The translations under genes were made by a program, and so were the position numbers. From the IMG/VR virus record IMGVR_UViG_3300008108_000098: a DNA stretch of 64,000 bases, one strand, 5' to 3'. This stretch comes from a virus. The notes below the pieces were generated by a model, which did no database searches, was not told where the DNA came from, and saw only the letters and a program-made list of their open reading frames with translations. Positions 61,245-64,000 of this stretch are shown here, one piece after another. The number at the start of each line of letters is the position of its first letter. Position 1 is the first letter of the stretch.

Positions 61245-61925
61245 TTAATCTTCGCTTGGTCTGTAAATAGTAAAACTGCGACTGACTTGAATTGTAATAC
61301 CTTTCTTTGTGAACTCCATATCTGTTTCACTATTTTCCAAGTTAGTAGTCCAATTAAACCACTCACTCGCCTCGCCATTAGTATCTTCGTTTGTGAAAGT
61401 ATGAGTGTCGGCTTCATATTCAAACTTTTTCAAAAGTTTATCAATGATATTAGCTTCATCATTGTTAATCACACAATCAATTTTGTAATTAACATTCTTC
61501 TCGCCATCACCGCCATTCATACTACCAATCTTTGATTGTAATACTTCCTTTTCTTCTTTACTCAAAACAACTTCAAAAGTATCAGTAAAGGTTTCACTAA
61601 ACTCAGCCTGAGCGTCTTTGTGATAATCAAAGTCAGGTTCATCTTCATCATCATTAAATGTAATGATAACCTTACCAGCTTCACCCATATAGTAGCCATC
61701 ACTATTCACATAGAACTCCACACGCTTAAACACTTCGTCCTCAAAGAAATTTTTAAGTTCTTCTGTTTTCTTATTACTAATCTTCTTTGCTTTACTATCG
61801 TAAAAATTAAATTCATAGTCGTTCATACTATCGCCACCAGCGGAAAATTCCATTTCACACTCAGCGACTTTTGCTTCTTTCCAAAGCAACATTTCGGGGG
61901 TAAGTTTCAAGTTTTCAGTTTGCAT
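61245..61925 (-). CDS. highly acidic protein
   Basis: Asp/Glu/Phe-rich. Start trimmed to MQTENLK. Confidence 0.45.
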   Translation of the reverse strand: MQTENLKLTPEMLLWKEAKVAECEMEFSAGGDSMNDYEFNFYDSKAKKISNKKTEELKNFFEDEVFKRVEFYVNSDGYYMGEAGKVIITFNDDEDEPDFDYHKDAQAEFSETFTDTFEVVLSKEEKEVLQSKIGSMNGGDGEKNVNYKIDCVINNDEANIIDKLLKKFEYEADTHTFTNEDTNGEASEWFNWTTNLENSETDMEFTKKGITIQVSRSFTIYRPSED

Positions 61926-62313
61926 GAATTTTGTTATTAAGTTGTTGAACAATAAGTTTTCCTTCTTCGGTATCAAGTTCTTTTACTCCATTACACATCC
62001 AGGGTTGGACTTCCAAATGTTTCAAATAATCTTGTGGTGTTGGTACGAACTTCATACGAAAGTCCTCTGCGATATGTAACATCGCCACATCAACTACATC
62101 AACACTTTTGCCATCACTATTAGTGATATTGTAACCAAAAATTTTTGGTACAATAGTATAAGCGAACCAAGTGTTATGAGTAAGGAGCCGTGAACTATTA
62201 TTGTTCATTGTCGCTTTTGGACTATCAATCAATTCGTGGATAGCGAGGTAATCTTCTACTTTACCACCCCAACGCTTGACCGAAGATTTTGAATGAATGA
62301 GAGGATTTGCCAT
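61915..62313 (-). CDS. hypothetical protein
   Basis: 132-aa ORF. Confidence 0.45.
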   Translation of the reverse strand: MANPLIHSKSSVKRWGGKVEDYLAIHELIDSPKATMNNNSSRLLTHNTWFAYTIVPKIFGYNITNSDGKSVDVVDVAMLHIAEDFRMKFVPTPQDYLKHLEVQPWMCNGVKELDTEEGKLIVQQLNNKIHAN

Positions 62314-62331
62314 AGTGTTTTGTTTTGTTGG

Positions 62332-62595
62332 TTAATCCCAAACTCTTTCAATAGTTTGTGTAAATGGATTGTACTCAACTTGTTTTCCCATTGACCACTC
62401 ACCTTTTTCAATTTTCAATGTTTGGTGTTCATTACTGAATGAGCCGTCAGGTTGTTCGTGTTTCAACAAACTATCTTTTGTTACAACCAGATCAGTAAAT
62501 TCGGTTTCCGTTTCATCAATTTTGAAATCACCATACAAAGTGTGTTGATTTACTCCTTCACCTTTGAGGAGCGTGTGTTTCTTTTTTGCTTTCAT
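62332..62595 (-). CDS. hypothetical protein (87 aa)
   Basis: First gene behind a class B promoter. Confidence 0.4.
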   Translation of the reverse strand: MKAKKKHTLLKGEGVNQHTLYGDFKIDETETEFTDLVVTKDSLLKHEQPDGSFSNEHQTLKIEKGEWSMGKQVEYNPFTQTIERVWD

Positions 62596-62614
62596 TGTTT
62601 AATAATTTAGAATA

Positions 62615-62672
62615 CAAATATAAAGATAATAAATGAATAAAACAAATTTATTTTGTTAAAATTTTGTGAAGG
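62615..62672 (-). promoter_or_regulatory. class B promoter
   Basis: Contains TTGTTAAAATTTTGTGAAGG ... TATATTTGTATTC. Confidence 0.6.
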
Positions 62673-62698
62673 AAGAAGACAGGTGTGGCCCAGTTTTG

Positions 62699-62800
62699 AT
62701 ATTGTCTGGCAACCCCTTCCACATCTGTCCCTGTCATACGAATCTTTGCCAAACAATATCGGCGCATGCGCACGCTGCGATCGACAGCAACTTCAGAGCA
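62699..62800. repeat. IR pair with GTCATACGAA, then GC-rich palindrome GCGCATGCGC
   Basis: About 75 nt near-identical to 63663-63735. Confidence 0.7.
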
Positions 62801-62853
62801 TAAAAAAACCCCACCATTTCTGATGAGGTCTTTCTATTATGAACCACTAATGT

Positions 62854-63555
62854 TTATCTTTTAGTTAATATTGTTAAATCAGACACTTCAAAATATTCAT
62901 CATTCATATTTTTTGATTCGTAAACTTTTTTTGTGTCAAAATCTTTACCATCATAAAGGGTTGTTGGTAATAAAAATCGATAAACAATTTTACCCTCTGA
63001 CATTGTTTTCTTTATTTTCATTACATAATTAAATTTAGATGATTTTTTATTTAACACATCTTTTAATCTAACTCTTAATCCTCTATCAACAATATCTACA
63101 TTAGACTCGTCGATGTTTGTTATACTCTCACATCTAATTGTTTGTATTGTTAATTCACCTTCAATATTTTTTAATTTATTAAAATCGGATTCATCTATAA
63201 CATAACCAGTAATTTTTTTAAATTCAACAGGGTCTTGTCTAATAGCAGGATATTTGTAATAATTATCTAATTCATCAATTAATAAAACATAATAATTTTT
63301 ATTCTCAAAATTTAAATTTTTGATTTGAATCTTTGTAAAATTAACCGAACCATAAAACATATAATTAAGTTTTTTTGGGTATATCATATTTTCATTACCC
63401 ACCCATATTCCCATATCGGTATTATATTTCCATCCAGTTGATTTAAGAATCGGTTGATACTCACCACTCCAAGTTGGGATTGTTGTATTAACTCTGTCTT
63501 GTCCGTATGATACGAACGATACTAAAACCATTGTTAATACTAATAACTTTTTCAT
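62854..63555 (-). CDS. secreted protein (N-terminal signal peptide)
   Basis: N-terminus MKKLLVLTMVLVSFVSYGQD. Confidence 0.55.
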   Translation of the reverse strand: MKKLLVLTMVLVSFVSYGQDRVNTTIPTWSGEYQPILKSTGWKYNTDMGIWVGNENMIYPKKLNYMFYGSVNFTKIQIKNLNFENKNYYVLLIDELDNYYKYPAIRQDPVEFKKITGYVIDESDFNKLKNIEGELTIQTIRCESITNIDESNVDIVDRGLRVRLKDVLNKKSSKFNYVMKIKKTMSEGKIVYRFLLPTTLYDGKDFDTKKVYESKNMNDEYFEVSDLTILTKR

Positions 63556-63604
63556 AATAGATTGTGTTCAGTAAACCTGTCCCCGTGTTTGATTGGTTAG
63601 AATA

Positions 63605-63662
63605 CAAATATACAATGTATATAATCATATTCCAAATAATAATTGTTAAAAATTTGTGAAGG
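63605..63662 (-). promoter_or_regulatory. class B promoter with conserved 5' UTR element
   Basis: TATATTTG box. UTR has AAACACGGGGACAGGTTTACTGAACA (plus 63566-63591). Confidence 0.6.
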
Positions 63663-63735
63663 TGTCATACGAATCTTTGCCAAACAATATCGGCGCATGC
63701 GCGCGCTGCGATCGACAGCAACTTCAGAGCAAAAA
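63663..63735. repeat. duplicate of the 62733-62800 segment (GTCATACGAA, TTGCCAAACAATAT, GCGCATGCGC)
   Basis: Seen directly, with only a few mismatches. Confidence 0.7.
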
Positions 63736-63738
63736 AAA

Positions 63739-63760
63739 GCCCCTCGTAGAAACGAGAGGC
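63739..63760 (-). terminator. intrinsic terminator (minus): GCCCCTCG-TAGAAA-CGAGAGGC
   Basis: Stem with one mismatch. A8 on the plus strand. Confidence 0.6.
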
Positions 63761-63800
63761 GTGGTTAAAAAGATTAACCTAAACCAACATCTTATGTCTT

Positions 63801-64000
63801 ACACCAGTTGAGCCAAGTCATTAAAGATTTCAAGTTCTCTTTTACCATACACATTAAACATCTTCTCATCAGACCTATCATCTTTTGAAACCGAATGTGT
63901 AGTGTATTTTGTTACGCCACTAAACAATCCCCAAAGGTTCTCACCCTTTGTTCTCAATTCACCATTAAGGTCAATATAAAAGCGAGAGAGTTTGTTACGA
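63801..64000 (-). CDS. hypothetical protein, 3' part (gene continues beyond window)
   Basis: Open frame to the window edge; ends ...DLAQLV*. Confidence 0.4.

Noticed and set aside
52215-61940. Many + strand ORFs of 60-160 aa in the 52-64 kb block (e.g. 52659..53132, 55716..56009, 56211..56558, 59095..59499, 60846..61238, 61620..61940) and - strand ORFs spanning intergenic modules (57974..58162, 59610..59807)
   Set aside because: They lie antisense to, or across, longer - strand genes or the promoter/IR/terminator modules. Several get their sequence, such as the IVWQ/FVWQ peptides, from the inverted-repeat arms, which cannot be coding in both orientations.
1-64000. Eukaryotic giant-virus (NCLDV) interpretation. 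Cues were the AT-rich genome, glycosyltransferases, tRNAs, CAP and SPFH domains, the MGCGC N-terminus, and the AAATATTT motif reminiscent of marseilleviruses.
   Set aside because: Hairpin plus T-run intrinsic terminators, Bacteroidetes-type TTG/TAnnTTTG promoters, absence of SD sequences, an initiator tRNA with C1-A72, ATGA translational coupling, and bacterial-type proteins (IscA, DnaA-IV, PcfJ, DUF192, Dcm, ParB) all point to a bacteriophage. No mimivirus AAAATTGA promoters were seen.
1-64000. CRISPR array, integrase/transposase, rRNA
   Set aside because: No regularly spaced direct repeats with unique spacers. No recombinase or transposase signatures recognised. No rRNA-like sequence.

Overview
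AT-rich (roughly 30% GC by eye), densely packed DNA with no rRNA or housekeeping genes, a 4-tRNA cluster, and many small genes of unknown function. Three features argue for a large bacteriophage of a Bacteroidetes/Flavobacteriia-type host rather than a eukaryotic giant virus: GC hairpin plus T-run intrinsic terminators, repeated TTG...TAnnTTTG promoters without Shine-Dalgarno sequences, and bacterial-type proteins. Those proteins are IscA, a 2x[4Fe-4S] ferredoxin, a Dcm-like C5-MTase, DnaA domain IV, PcfJ-like proteins, DUF192 and ParB. The window has four blocks. (1) 1-4.3 kb on + strand: three tandem LamG/ConA-like jellyroll proteins, probable fibre or receptor-binding proteins. (2) 4.3-12.7 kb on - strand: an 11-gene glycan-biosynthesis locus with 6-7 glycosyltransferases, 2 SAM methyltransferases and an NAD epimerase/dehydratase. 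(3) 12.7-51.3 kb on + strand: metabolic and accessory genes, namely thyA with insertions, IscA, ferredoxin, RmlC, C5-MTase, an SPFH protein, a metallophosphoesterase, a HAD hydrolase, PcfJ-like triplets, DnaA domain IV, a CAP-domain protein, two HExxH zincin paralogs, a GNAT and four SGNH-like paralogs. (4) A 724-bp ORF-free hairpin- and repeat-rich region at the strand switch, followed by a 52-64 kb - strand block of small gene cassettes. Each cassette is framed by near-identical promoter, inverted-repeat and terminator modules, which I read as a hyperplastic, PeSL-like early region that also encodes ParB-like, AP2-like, DUF1737-like and acidic proteins. All coordinates may be off by 1-2 nt; I could not reconcile the ORF frame with my base counts near 39600.
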